From the human T2T-CHM13v2.0 reference genome, Homo sapiens: a stretch of DNA of 64,000 nucleotides. Within the stretch, counting starts at the first letter, position 1. Each line of letters opens with the position of its first letter. The DNA lies in the NCBI RefSeq assembly GCF_009914755.1, contig NC_060928.1; one strand, 5' to 3'. This document shows positions 63,451 through 64,000 of the stretch, one piece after another. A model generated the notes under the pieces. The model did no database searches and had not been told where the DNA came from. It saw nothing but the letters and a program-made list of their open reading frames with translations. Made by a program: the position numbers and the translations under genes.

Positions 63451-64000
63451 GAAGCATTAATAACTTGTATTTTTCCTTGTAGGACAGGACCTAAATGTTA
63501 TTAACAGTATAAGCGTTCATGGTTAACACCAAATGTCTCTGGGGCACAGAGACACAGAGGTCCCTGTTTCACAGTCCACACTGGGAGAAATAGACAGTAT
63601 CAGGTTAGAGAGACTGTCAGGCGTCACACCCAACTGAACCCAAGAGGACATTTTGCTTGGATGAGAAAAAGAAAATTTATTGAAATTTTATAAGGTCACC
63701 AAAGTTTAATGTCCCCCAGAAGGGTGTTGGTATAACATGGCCAAGGTATCCCATCACAAAATAAAAATAAAATCCTGTATTTTATGGAAATGAAAAAAAA
63801 TTGCTAGCTGTCATCCAAACTCTTTGTGTACTTAAAGAGTGTCATTAATATTCCCAAACTGCCCTGTAAGGTCTCTTCTTCCAGCCAAACAAATGACCCT
63901 GAGTCCCCACACACTCAGGAGTTCTATTCGTAGATTCACTCAATAGACGCTTGCCAAGCGGCTACTACGTGCCATATCCGGTACTTGATACATTTCTGGG

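Overview
AT-rich primate (very probably human) genomic DNA that reads as a large intron or intergenic block. I recognise no protein-coding gene, structural RNA gene or CRISPR array, and I cannot name the locus. The recognisable ORFs in the track are fossil L1 ORF1/ORF2, Tigger1 transposase or Alu-derived. Much of the window is interspersed repeat: a full-length L1PA7/8-like element, truncated L1PA/L1MA/L1MB copies, a near full-length Tigger1, Alus, THE1/MST/MLT1/MLT2/MER11/ERV1 LTRs, MER2, a MER119-like element, MIRs and L2s. Subfamily names come from remembered consensus sequences and need RepeatMasker confirmation. A-skew, mostly plus-oriented L1s, several minus-strand exon-like segments and CpG retention at the right edge suggest a minus-strand host transcript starting beyond position 64000 (inference). 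The most unusual item is a provirus at about 25414-32099 with mismatched LTRs: an ERVL MLT2 5' LTR, a MaLR internal region and an MLT1A 3' LTR, with the switch at the primer-binding site. The window also holds a 130-bp near-perfect hairpin, a 74-bp inverted templated insertion and several patchwork or hairpin-seeded repeats.
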